DNA of 64,000 bases from an uncultured Oscillospiraceae bacterium (GCA_947168655.1 CAMVMU010000002.1:15561-79560), one strand, 5' to 3'. Positions 37,926-47,056 are shown, numbered from the stretch's first letter. Made by a program: numbers and translations. Notes: a model not told the origin generated them from the sequence alone.

Positions 37926-39647
37926 TTAGATCTGCCCGCTGGTCTCAATGCCCGCGAAGAGGTTCTTCGCCTTGTTGAGCTCTTCTTCGGAATAGAGAAC
38001 ATCGGATTCGATGACCGTCTTTGCGGATTCTCCTGTTTGCACGTTTGTGGCGGTCACTTCCAGGCCAACAGTGCTGGAGCGGAACACAACGCGGATAGGC
38101 GCACCCTGGGGCGTGTGGGGCGGGAGCTGCAGATGAACTTCTCCGATACGCTTCACCTTCAGCTCGGGGTCGGTGTACTGCGGATTGCCGTACGCGTCAA
38201 AGGAGGGGGTAACGTGCTTATTCACACGGTCCTCAGACACGTTTTCATAGACGTTCACCACGATCTCGGGCGCGTTTTCCACGCGCGTGCCGTATACAGC
38301 CTCAGCCTCAGCGGGGATCTCATCACCGATGAAGAGGAGGTTGTCGATCATATAGCTGTCATCCGTAACAAAAACGGCCGGACCAAGAGAGCGGGTCAGC
38401 TTATCCTTGACGGCACTGACATCTTCCACATTCTCGATCTTTTTTTCCTGGATCGCCGCCAATGCCTTATCCTGGTCCACGGGCTTATCCTCATCCAGGC
38501 CCATAACCTTTTTATCGTCTTCCGTGAGCTCTCCGCCCTGCTCCACCTTCTCCTGAATGTCGGCAAGCCGCTCATTCCATTCAATAGCGGCAGAGAGGGC
38601 TGCGCCCTTGGCAACGGCCAGGTTGGGCTGCTCAACGCGGACCTTGCCGGGGAAGACCGCTTCCACAGCGTTTCTGATCATCGGCATAAAGGTGGAGCCG
38701 CCCACCAGAAGGACCACGTCCACGTTATCCGGGGTGAAATTAACGTCGGAGAGCAGCTGATGCACAAAGTCCATGGTCTGCTGGACAAGATCCTGGGTCT
38801 GCTCCTCAAACTCCTGCCGGGTCAGTTCGATTCTGGTGCGGTCGCCGTCGTATTTGATCACGTAGCTCTTTTTCTCCAGCGTAGAGAGATCCTTCTTTGC
38901 CTGTTCGACCTGCGCCCGAATCGTGGCTCTCAGCTCGTCATCCATGTCGGAGACTTCGGTGCCGTTTTCCAGAGCGTACTTCTGGCACATGTAATCGAAC
39001 ATGCGGGCATCCCAGTCAATACCGCCCAGACGGTCATTGCCGCCGGTACGGATGACGTCGATCTGCGCCTTTCCGTTGTCATCAACGCAGAAGTCGAACA
39101 GGGTAATATCGAACGTGCCACCGCCCAGGTCATAAACCATGATCTTGCGATTCTCTTTAAACTCGCGCACGCAGTAATTCAGAGCAGCGGCAGTCGGCTC
39201 GTGGACGATATTCAGGACATTTAGTCCGGCAATGATGCCTGCCTGCTTTGTGGCGGCCTTTTCATCATTTCCGAAATATGCCGGGCAGGTGATAACAACG
39301 TTCTCGACGTTGTGGCCCTGTGCGTCGGCGTAGGCTTTCATTCTCTTGAGAATCAGAGATGAAATCGTGATGGGGTCATATTTGACGCCGTCAAACTCAT
39401 AGGTCGGCGCATCGGGCTTGCCGATATACCTCTTTACGAATTCAACGACTTTTTCAGGCTCGATATCCTTCTGGCTCTTTGCGATCTCGCCGACGACCGG
39501 ATCTGCCCCATCTTGAAAATACACGGCGGAAGCGAGAAGATCGCTGCCTTCGTCCTGGTTTGCGATAACCTCCGGCATCCCGTTGTCATCCAGCGTGGTG
39601 ATTACGGAGTAGGTGGTGCCCAAGTCGATTCCATAAACCTTTGCCAT
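37926..39647 (-). CDS. Hsp70-family protein C (divergent, lidless)
   Basis: GIDLGTT, TCPAYF, HEPTAAA, DLGGGTFD, LVGGST, AVAKGAA; AAGGAGG RBS before the ATG at 39647. Confidence 0.9.
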   Translation of the reverse strand: MAKVYGIDLGTTYSVITTLDDNGMPEVIANQDEGSDLLASAVYFQDGADPVVGEIAKSQKDIEPEKVVEFVKRYIGKPDAPTYEFDGVKYDPITISSLILKRMKAYADAQGHNVENVVITCPAYFGNDEKAATKQAGIIAGLNVLNIVHEPTAAALNYCVREFKENRKIMVYDLGGGTFDITLFDFCVDDNGKAQIDVIRTGGNDRLGGIDWDARMFDYMCQKYALENGTEVSDMDDELRATIRAQVEQAKKDLSTLEKKSYVIKYDGDRTRIELTRQEFEEQTQDLVQQTMDFVHQLLSDVNFTPDNVDVVLLVGGSTFMPMIRNAVEAVFPGKVRVEQPNLAVAKGAALSAAIEWNERLADIQEKVEQGGELTEDDKKVMGLDEDKPVDQDKALAAIQEKKIENVEDVSAVKDKLTRSLGPAVFVTDDSYMIDNLLFIGDEIPAEAEAVYGTRVENAPEIVVNVYENVSEDRVNKHVTPSFDAYGNPQYTDPELKVKRIGEVHLQLPPHTPQGAPIRVVFRSSTVGLEVTATNVQTGESAKTVIESDVLYSEEELNKAKNLFAGIETSGQI

Positions 39648-39660
39648 TGTTTCTTCCTCC

Positions 39661-40473
39661 TTATTCTGTGACCGGATCATCGCCGGCCTCGATGATTTGA
39701 TTGTCTTCGGTTTCACTGACAGGCGCCTGCCCCTCATAGAGGTAGATGTCCACCATCTCCTTTATGACGGTGCGGTTGCCGATATAGAAGCCAGAGTTAT
39801 AGGATTTTGCCACGGTATCATGCTTTGCGGGGTCATCTGTTGTAACGCGGTTGAGGATCTGGCAGTGCCTCGGATTCCGCCTGTCGCCCGGCTCGCTGCG
39901 CAGCCTTTCCATTCCGTAGGCGTTCAGCAGATCCTCCAGATCCATGAGCATATACCGGATGCTCTTTTTCACCTTCGGCTCAGAAACCTCATTCACCAGG
40001 CCTTCATAATTGTCGTAGATCCTGGCAATTGAGCCGAGAATGTCATCGTAGATCCTGCCCTTGTCTGCCTTGCGGTACTGATCCAGCTCGTCCTGCATGG
40101 CCTTCAGCCGGCCGGCGAACTCGGCGTGATACAGCTTGTGCATCTCCCGGATCTCGGAAAAAATTCGCTGTTCGGTCCCGGCGATGCTCTCAAGGCTGCC
40201 GTTGATTTGCCCCAGGCAGTCCGCGCCGGCGGGGGCAGGCGGTGTCTCCGCTGCAGCAGGCTCCTCCGGCGTTTCACATCCGGCAGGGGGATTCACGTCC
40301 TCCGTGCGGTCGTCCGTCATCGGGGCTTCCGGCGTCTCGGCGGCTTCAGGCGTCTCAGGGGTTTCAGTGCCTTCAGCCTCGGTGCCGGCATCCGGCAGAA
40401 CGTCATCGGCAGGATGCTCTTCGTTGGGGGGAATTACGTCGGTGAACTTCTTTTCTTCTTCCAATGCTCTCAT
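39661..40473 (-). CDS. GrpE-like nucleotide exchange factor with acidic N-terminal extension
   Basis: Coiled coil, then PGDRRNPRHC...V.KSYNSGF.IGNRTVIKEMVDIY matching the GrpE beta domain; adjacent to Hsp70. Confidence 0.72.
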   Translation of the reverse strand: MRALEEEKKFTDVIPPNEEHPADDVLPDAGTEAEGTETPETPEAAETPEAPMTDDRTEDVNPPAGCETPEEPAAAETPPAPAGADCLGQINGSLESIAGTEQRIFSEIREMHKLYHAEFAGRLKAMQDELDQYRKADKGRIYDDILGSIARIYDNYEGLVNEVSEPKVKKSIRYMLMDLEDLLNAYGMERLRSEPGDRRNPRHCQILNRVTTDDPAKHDTVAKSYNSGFYIGNRTVIKEMVDIYLYEGQAPVSETEDNQIIEAGDDPVTE

Positions 40474-40486
40474 CCTCCATTCTGAT

Positions 40487-41863
40487 TTATGAGTCTCTCA
40501 CATCTGCAATCAGTATTCCGTTGATGCTGTGGATGCAAGCCAGGCCGTTGGCCAGCTTGCCAAGGGTTTCCGCCCGGATCCGCGGCTCGTCCGCTTCATC
40601 CACAGACAGACCGCGCGAATTGCTGGTGTTCATAAAGGCGTTGTTCTGCGAGATGTTATACCGTATGCGTATCTTCCGGTATTTTCCCAGATGCTCAGAC
40701 CATTTTTGACAGGAAGACCCCGACGCGTGTCGGAACAGCACCGTTGTTTCCACGTTTCCCATGATCTCCGAAAACAGATCGTCTCCCTTTTGTTCCCCTC
40801 CAAACAAGGATGAGACAAAATCCTGGCTGCTGATCGCGCACGGGCGGCCGCGAAGCACATCGCAGATCTTCTCATGCCTTGATATGGGGATGTTATCAAG
40901 AAGGACTGCAAACTCTTTGCCCTGGCTTTGCAGCAGCAGCAGATGGTTGAGTACCAGAGAGACCAGCAGGTCGTTGCCGGAGCCGCCCACGTCAATGGCA
41001 ATTACGCCCTTTTGATTCATCATCTTCTTTATGTTGGAGAAGTTGGACATCGGTTTGCCGTATACTGCCTCTGACTGCCGGGCCAGTCGGTTCAGGAAGA
41101 TACGCACGGCATCCGAATTGGAAGAGCCCGCCATGTAGTAGTGATTGATTTCAGCGTACTCATCGGCGGTCAGAAGGCCGCCCTTCTGCATGGCGTCGAT
41201 TTTGGTTTTCAGCGAGATCAGCGGAAACGACGCCAGATTGTGAGTCGTAATCTTTCCATCCGTAAGCAGAAGGACCTCGATCAGCGCACGCAGCAGCGAT
41301 TCAGCGCCCGGGGTGGCGATATCATCGGGCATGGTCTCATACAGGAGAAAGGCGATATCATCCGTCGGCATGCCGCGAAACACGTCATAAAACAACCCGC
41401 CGCGCGAGATGAATTCGCACCCTCTGCTGTGGTTCTGAAGCATCTGCTCAAGTTTTTGGTTGCCCGTGTGCAGCGCAATAACCGGCATATTTTCTGTTTG
41501 AGCCTTGTGAACAAAGGGTATGAGCGCGCATACCCTCTCTTCGTTCTGGCCGCCGGACACGATAACACTGTTGGGGGTATCGTCCTCTCCCCATATATAG
41601 TCCAGTGCCGCCGTCTTGCTCTTGGACTGGTAATCGTACACGTCATTGTCGTCGGGTTCTCCGGACGTAAGGAGCAGCTGCTGTTTGTTAAATCCCGGAA
41701 GCAGGGCAACGGCCCGATTTTGAAAATTTGCCTCCGATGCGTGTTTATATAAGGCGCGTATCTCCTTTTTGGTTCGGGAATTCTGCAGGGCGGTATAGAT
41801 CATGTTGCCGGTCCACATCGACGCAGACTGTGCGCCGCCCATCATGCCGCCAAAAAAGCCCAC
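40487..41863 (-). CDS. Degenerate TraD/VirD4-like protein
   Basis: TraD-type C-terminus (VLFRHASG.SC..WSEHLG, S/N-rich hairpin, EPRIRAETL..LANG.A); Walker A replaced by SGGQNEER. Confidence 0.6.
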   Translation of the reverse strand: MGFFGGMMGGAQSASMWTGNMIYTALQNSRTKKEIRALYKHASEANFQNRAVALLPGFNKQQLLLTSGEPDDNDVYDYQSKSKTAALDYIWGEDDTPNSVIVSGGQNEERVCALIPFVHKAQTENMPVIALHTGNQKLEQMLQNHSRGCEFISRGGLFYDVFRGMPTDDIAFLLYETMPDDIATPGAESLLRALIEVLLLTDGKITTHNLASFPLISLKTKIDAMQKGGLLTADEYAEINHYYMAGSSNSDAVRIFLNRLARQSEAVYGKPMSNFSNIKKMMNQKGVIAIDVGGSGNDLLVSLVLNHLLLLQSQGKEFAVLLDNIPISRHEKICDVLRGRPCAISSQDFVSSLFGGEQKGDDLFSEIMGNVETTVLFRHASGSSCQKWSEHLGKYRKIRIRYNISQNNAFMNTSNSRGLSVDEADEPRIRAETLGKLANGLACIHSINGILIADVRDS

Positions 41864-41880
41864 CTGGCCTCGCCTCCTTA

Positions 41881-43182
41881 TTACTTATTGTATCTATCAA
41901 ACTTGAAGCGGAACGGTGCGGCAGACGGAAGGCTGACAATCGCCTCACCCACAGAAAGGCCGGTCAGATCCCAGTCTTCCACCACATATCCTTCGCGTTT
42001 TTCGTAGTGATTGCTTCCGTCTGCTTCGGGGAACGATTCCAGGATCATGTTTTTCCCCATCAGCTGGCTGACGTATTCCCTGGTGGAGTAATCGTTCTGA
42101 TGGAACGCAAATACAGAGGAAAAACCGGACACCGCGTTCTTTGCCTTTGTTACATTGCTGTAGTTTGCGTTCAGCTGATCGATGCTTTGCAGTCCGGCCA
42201 GGATCTTCACGCCCAGGCTCCGGCCGAAGTTGATGCCGTCCTCCAGATGCCGGAGGTTGGGAAGGAGCTTCAATTCATCAACGATCAAATACACGTTTCC
42301 CTGGGACGCCGTTCTGCCCAGCGCCTCCTTCAGGGCAAGGTCGAACAGCAGCGTATAAATGGGGGAAAGCACGTCGCCGATGGAGAGGTCATATTCGATG
42401 AAGGCGATCCTGCCGCCCTTCCGGCGAATGAATTTTCTCATGGAAAAATCGCCCACGTCCGCAAACACGCCTGTCAGAACGTCTCGTGTGACAGAATACA
42501 TTTCGGAGAGGACGCCCTGCGCCTGTGTTCCGGACTTCCCCCCGATATAAGAAGCCACAGAGGCCAGATCCGGGTGATTTTTGAGCAATTCGCGAAGTGT
42601 CTCAACGGACGCGGAATCTATGTACTTCTTCAGATCTTCATTATTGGGGACAACGCCGTTTTTTACCAGTGCGATCATAATGGATGCGAGCAGATCTCTG
42701 GCCGCAATCGGAAAGAAGGGGTTGCTGCTGTTTCTCTCAACCAGATCGGCAAAAAGGGATTTGCAGATCTCCTGCGTGTTCTGGATCATAGAAACGGAGT
42801 CCTTGCCATCCGCTGTGATCTCCTCGTAAATGTTCCAGCGCTCAGACATCTTTCTGTACTGAACAGAGTTTCCGATTACAATATCGCCCTTGGAGTAAAA
42901 TTTGCTGTAAAAATCGCCCTTGCTGTCGAAAATCAGAACAACGTCATTGGGGGTCAGCCTGCGTTTGATCTGCTCCACCATGTGATAGAACAGATTGGTC
43001 TTTCCGCATCCCGTACCGCCTACAAGGAGGATGTGCTTGCTGAGCATATCTTCCGTCAGGCCAAAGGATGTTTTTTTGCCCTTAAACTCACCCGGAACGT
43101 GGATCACCGCGTTCATGGTGTCGGGTGGGGGTGTGTTGTGCTCCAGAAGCCCTCCATATACGACCTCATGGCTGATAGGCAT
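41881..43182 (-). CDS. VirD4/TrwB-like coupling ATPase lacking a membrane anchor
   Basis: HILLVGGTGCGKT, IFDSKGDF, WN, LIVDE, GRSLG...AGLQSIDQL, L.VGEAIV. Confidence 0.82.
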   Translation of the reverse strand: MPISHEVVYGGLLEHNTPPPDTMNAVIHVPGEFKGKKTSFGLTEDMLSKHILLVGGTGCGKTNLFYHMVEQIKRRLTPNDVVLIFDSKGDFYSKFYSKGDIVIGNSVQYRKMSERWNIYEEITADGKDSVSMIQNTQEICKSLFADLVERNSSNPFFPIAARDLLASIMIALVKNGVVPNNEDLKKYIDSASVETLRELLKNHPDLASVASYIGGKSGTQAQGVLSEMYSVTRDVLTGVFADVGDFSMRKFIRRKGGRIAFIEYDLSIGDVLSPIYTLLFDLALKEALGRTASQGNVYLIVDELKLLPNLRHLEDGINFGRSLGVKILAGLQSIDQLNANYSNVTKAKNAVSGFSSVFAFHQNDYSTREYVSQLMGKNMILESFPEADGSNHYEKREGYVVEDWDLTGLSVGEAIVSLPSAAPFRFKFDRYNK

Positions 43183-43234
43183 ACGTCCATACCCTCTTTC
43201 TATAGTATCGTCCTGTTGTTTTTACTGTGGGGCG

Positions 43235-43432
43235 TCAAAGAGCCATTTCGTTTTCCAGGTCCTGCTCGCTGCGATCCTCGTTGTTACACCCTGCCTCATA
43301 AGCAGCGGACCTCTCCTTCGCCGCCGGCGCTCTATACGCCGCCCGCTTCTGCGGGTTCTGCCCCGACAGCAGCTGGCCCCTTAACTTCTTTAGTTCTTGC
43401 TTGGTAATCTTTTGCCGGTTCATGCAGCTCAC
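43235..43432 (-). CDS. Small hypothetical protein
   Basis: Fills the gap between XRE and ATPase genes; basic N-terminus, acidic tail. Confidence 0.5.
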   Translation of the reverse strand: MSCMNRQKITKQELKKLRGQLLSGQNPQKRAAYRAPAAKERSAAYEAGCNNEDRSEQDLENEMAL

Positions 43433-43454
43433 CTGTCTCTTTCATCAAAGAACC

Positions 43455-43793
43455 CTATTCCCGTCTCGGCGCTTCCAGTTCACCATTGAACTGCATAAAT
43501 AAATCGATTGGATAGATCCTCAGTGCCCTGATCATTTCAGACGTCTCTTTGACAGAGTCAAAAATAAAAACGATGGCGAGGAACATGGCCCACGACATTT
43601 CCCGTCGCCCGCCCTCAAGAGAGTAGAATGTCTGCCGGGATATGCCAAGTATGTTTGCGAGTTCTTCCTGTGTGATGCCGATTCTCGCTCTTAATGCGGG
43701 CAGATTTTCCACCAGTATCTCTATGCTGGCGGATCTGTAATCATCCGTTATCAAATATTTGTCCTGAATCACCGCAAACATCTCCTTTCCCAA
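43455..43793 (-). CDS. XRE-family HTH regulator
   Basis: LRARIGITQEELANILGISRQTFYSLEGG; true start may be GTG 43772. Confidence 0.88.
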   Translation of the reverse strand: MGKEMFAVIQDKYLITDDYRSASIEILVENLPALRARIGITQEELANILGISRQTFYSLEGGRREMSWAMFLAIVFIFDSVKETSEMIRALRIYPIDLFMQFNGELEAPRRE

Positions 43794-43889
43794 ATCGTTT
43801 TTCGTGCACGTTATGCTCTGTTCCGCGTCCTGCGTGTCCTGCCATCCTGTCTGTAAATAGCTGTCCAGTATTAAAAATACTATAATCTT

Positions 43890-44002
43890 ATTTTACTAAA
43901 TGACAAAAAATCCGTCAATATGTCAAATATTAAAGAAGTATGAAATCAGATCGTCCGAGAGGTGATTTCAGGGTTGACTTTTCGGGGCATATATGATAGC
44001 AT
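43890..44002. promoter_or_regulatory. Divergent sigma-A promoters
   Basis: Minus: TTGACG (43918-43913), 17 bp, TAAAAT (43895-43890). Plus: TTGACT (43974-43979), 17 bp, TAGCAT (43997-44002) with upstream TG. Confidence 0.6.
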
Positions 44003-44031
44003 GACAAATCGACAATAGTATTGACTGTTTC

Positions 44032-44117
44032 AAGCCGATGCTTTGATAGAAAGACGAATGGTATTTCCGTGGGTGTACTATGCCCATTTGTCTTCCTGTC
44101 AAAGCATCGGCTTTTTT
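44032..44117 (+). terminator. Long leader hairpin with U-tract (attenuator-like)
   Basis: AAGCCGATGCTTTGATAGAAAGACGAATGG pairs with CCATTTGTCTTCCTGTCAAAGCATCGGCTT, then TTTT. Confidence 0.65.
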
Positions 44118-44297
44118 GCCGTGCCGGGAATACGCACCTTGACAACTGAACGATCCGCAGACAGGATCCGGCGGACGGTCCGGGGAAGCAGCGCCAGGAC
44201 CCGCCCGAGGGCGGCGAGCGTGCCAAGGAAACCGGCCGGCAGGCCTGCGGTGGATGCTAAAAGGAATCGTCAACCAACAGAAAGGGAGGATTCGTAT

Positions 44298-46139
44298 ATG
44301 ACAAATAACATCTTTCGTATGATCGACGGCAAAATGTTCCATTCAGTGTCCCTGGCATTCAGGGAATATGACTCCTATATCGAGCGAGACAGCTATGCCT
44401 CCGGCGCTTGCTGGAGATTTTTGCAGGCGGCATCTCTGCTCTCCGACGGCGAATGCCTTGGCTTGCAGATTGCGGCCCGGCATAGAGACGACCGCCGGGT
44501 GCTCGCGTATTCAAGCTCGGGCGTTGCGGTAACGCAGGACGATTTTCGTTGGATCTTCCATCATTGTTCCGCCGGAATCAGCAGTGACAGTTCCCCCATT
44601 GACGGCAGTTGCCAAAGCTCCCGCCAGATTTATCTGCTTCAATACGCCGAAAGCCGCGTTGTCCGTGAGGGGATCCGGGATGCAGGAAAATATGATTACG
44701 ATGACGATGATCGTTCAAGTCCCGTTGGCGAAAAATGCTTTGGGGAGCTTCTCACATCCATGGATGAGGCAAACGGCATCATCCACCTCCTGGCATCGAG
44801 CAGCGGCCAGGGGGTGATCCTTATCAGCCTGCCGGAGGAAATGACGCTGAGAATGAGGACTATGCTGTCCATGACGTTTCCCAATACCGCCGCGGTTGAT
44901 GTGACCTATTTCAAGGAAGAAGCACCACATGAACCGGCAGGTCTTTCAGCAGAACAATTTAGATTGGGGCTATCGGGGTTATTATCAGCGCTCATGATGA
45001 AGCGATCCGAGAAAGAACCGGCCTCTGACAAGCAGCTGTCCGCGTCGCCTGCTCCGGTTGCGGCTGGGCAGGATCGGCCGGTGAGCTGCACGCCCATCGA
45101 GGACCTGGATCTGAGCGTCCGCAGCTATAATTGCTTAAGAAGATCGGGGTACCACTATGTTGAAGATCTGTATTCGCTAACGGAGGATGACCTGATGCAG
45201 ATCCGCAATCTGGGCAGAAAGGGCGTGATTGAGATCAGGCAGAAGCTGTCGGAAGTGACCGGAAAGGCGGCCTTTGCTCCGTCCCCGCTGGAGGAACCCG
45301 ATTATTTCGCCATGCTGGACGAATTGATCGGTTTGAACGGCGTCAAGGGTCAGATTCGGAAAATTGCCTCCTTTGCCCGGATGAAACAGGAGATGGATGA
45401 GCAGGGGAGGAAGACACTCCCGCTGGTGCTCAACATGGAGTTCACCGGAAATCCCGGCACGGCGAAAACCACCGTCGCAAGAATTGTGGCTGGCATCTTC
45501 CACCAGCTGGGACTGCTCTCCGGCAGCAAGCTCGTTGAGGTGGGCAGAGCGGATCTGGTGGCGCGATACGAGGGACAGACGGCAGACAAGGTCAGATCCG
45601 TGTTCCAGCGGGCCGAGGGAAAACTTCTCTTTATTGATGAAGCATATTCCCTTGTGGAGAACACCGAGGGCACATTTGGAGACGAGGCAATCAACACCAT
45701 CGTACAGGAGATGGAAAACCGGCGCGACAGGACGATCGTGATCTTTGCCGGCTACCCCGATAAAATGGAGGAATTCTTCTTAAAAAACCCCGGGCTGAGG
45801 TCGCGTGTGCCGTTTCGCATTGATTTCAGCGATTACTCTGCCGGGGAAATGGTTCAGATCGCCCGGCTGGAAGCAAAGAAACGGGGCTTTGCCATCCGGC
45901 CCGATGCGGAAAAAAAAGTCGCGTCCATCTGCGCGCAGGCCGCGCTCAATCCCGGCATGGGAAACGGGCGCTTTTGCAGAAATCTTGTGGAAAACGCCAT
46001 CCTTGAATATGCCTCCCGGGTTTACGGCAGCGGCAAACACGAAAGCGTCCATGACTATGTGCTCACGGAAGAGGACTTTTTGTTTTCCCATCCGGCTGAT
46101 GTGTCCTTGCCCGAAAGAAAAATCGGCTTTGCCGCATAA
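44298..46139 (+). CDS. SpoVK/CbbX-like AAA+ ATPase fused to an RNA polymerase alpha-CTD-like domain
   Basis: [19 protein letters not shown]...IRNLGRKG; [39 protein letters not shown]; GGAGG RBS. Confidence 0.85.
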   Translation: MTNNIFRMIDGKMFHSVSLAFREYDSYIERDSYASGACWRFLQAASLLSDGECLGLQIAARHRDDRRVLAYSSSGVAVTQDDFRWIFHHCSAGISSDSSPIDGSCQSSRQIYLLQYAESRVVREGIRDAGKYDYDDDDRSSPVGEKCFGELLTSMDEANGIIHLLASSSGQGVILISLPEEMTLRMRTMLSMTFPNTAAVDVTYFKEEAPHEPAGLSAEQFRLGLSGLLSALMMKRSEKEPASDKQLSASPAPVAAGQDRPVSCTPIEDLDLSVRSYNCLRRSGYHYVEDLYSLTEDDLMQIRNLGRKGVIEIRQKLSEVTGKAAFAPSPLEEPDYFAMLDELIGLNGVKGQIRKIASFARMKQEMDEQGRKTLPLVLNMEFTGNPGTAKTTVARIVAGIFHQLGLLSGSKLVEVGRADLVARYEGQTADKVRSVFQRAEGKLLFIDEAYSLVENTEGTFGDEAINTIVQEMENRRDRTIVIFAGYPDKMEEFFLKNPGLRSRVPFRIDFSDYSAGEMVQIARLEAKKRGFAIRPDAEKKVASICAQAALNPGMGNGRFCRNLVENAILEYASRVYGSGKHESVHDYVLTEEDFLFSHPADVSLPERKIGFAA

Positions 46140-46222
46140 GAAACACGGCATCATTCTTTTGGGCGGGAAGCTGGCGAAACATTCTGCCCGATTCGTTTCA
46201 GCCCGGCGCAAGGGACATTGCG

Positions 46223-46259
46223 CAAAAAAGAGAGCTTGCATAAGCAAGCTCTCTTTTTG
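46223..46259. terminator. Bidirectional terminator
   Basis: CAAAAAAGAGAGCTTGC-ATAA-GCAAGCTCTCTTTTTG. Confidence 0.8.
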
Positions 46260-46323
46260 TAAAAGTCGTACAGCCGCACGTTTTCAAGAAAAGAAACTAC
46301 AAGCGTAACGAGCTGTCCGCTCG

Positions 46324-46860
46324 TCAAACAGGAAGTTGGCCGGATAAAAGCTCCTTAAATACATGATGAAAGTCGGAATCAATCAACACTACCTGTTCAC
46401 CGGCAGATCGAAATTCATCGATGTATATTCTGTTGTCGGTTTTGACTCTCTCAATCGTGCAGCCAGAATCATCCAACCGTGATTCTATATCAAAACTGTG
46501 TGCCTTAATCTCACAAAAATGTGCATCAATATACGCCTCTGTCATAGCAAGACAAATAAACCGTATCGCCTGCAAATACTGTTCGTCGAAATATCGCCTC
46601 CAGTCATACGGAATATAACAACCTTCCACGATCAGGTTCTGCTGATTCTCGATTGCGGTTTTTATCATTTCACGGACGACCGGCCACAGGTAATTTGTCA
46701 GGGCATCATCGTCTTCTGGAGTAAGATCTGTTTTTCCACTGCGAATCAAGCCCATTTTCAAGTGATCAATGGACAAATACGGATATTGATACTTTTCAAG
46801 CATCCTCTGTGCCAAAAGTGTTTTTCCTGTATGAGATGCGCCTGTAATCAGAATAATCAT
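46324..46860 (-). CDS. P-loop kinase (adenylate/2-phosphoglycerate kinase-like), AT-rich
   Basis: MIILITGASHTGKT, SIDHLKMGLIRSG, LIVEG; GAGG RBS. Confidence 0.8.
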   Translation of the reverse strand: MIILITGASHTGKTLLAQRMLEKYQYPYLSIDHLKMGLIRSGKTDLTPEDDDALTNYLWPVVREMIKTAIENQQNLIVEGCYIPYDWRRYFDEQYLQAIRFICLAMTEAYIDAHFCEIKAHSFDIESRLDDSGCTIERVKTDNRIYIDEFRSAGEQVVLIDSDFHHVFKELLSGQLPV

Positions 46861-46920
46861 ATTTACCTCGTCAAATCCCAATCTGTTGAGGTGATTATAC
46901 CAAACTCCGTCGTTGAAAAC

Positions 46921-46968
46921 AACAAAGAAACCTCTTTTGCCTATCAAGGCAAAAGAGGTTTCTTTGTT
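46921..46968 (-). terminator. Terminator after tRNA-Val
   Basis: AACAAAGAAACCTCTTTTGCCT-ATCA-AGGCAAAAGAGGTTTCTTTGTT. Confidence 0.85.
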
Positions 46969-47043
46969 GGTGCGCGGTACAGGACTCGAACCTGTGACCC
47001 CATGCACGTCAAGCATGTGCTCTACCAGCTGAGCTAACCGCGC
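46968..47043 (-). tRNA. tRNA-Val(GAC)
   Basis: 76 nt, anticodon arm CATGC-TTGACGT-GCATG, GGTTCGAGTCC, CCA end. Confidence 0.97.
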
Positions 47044-47056
47044 GGACAGCGGTAGT

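Noticed and set aside
32782-39647. Calling the Hsp70 genes housekeeping dnaK
   Set aside because: No hrcA/dnaJ context or CIRCE seen; linker insertions, no lid and foreign C-termini
40487-43793. Intact ICE or conjugative element
   Set aside because: No relaxase, VirB4/VirB6, integrase or att sites seen; the coupling protein lacks a TM anchor
45093-45250. rpoA gene
   Set aside because: Only the CTD-like segment is present, fused inside an AAA+ protein
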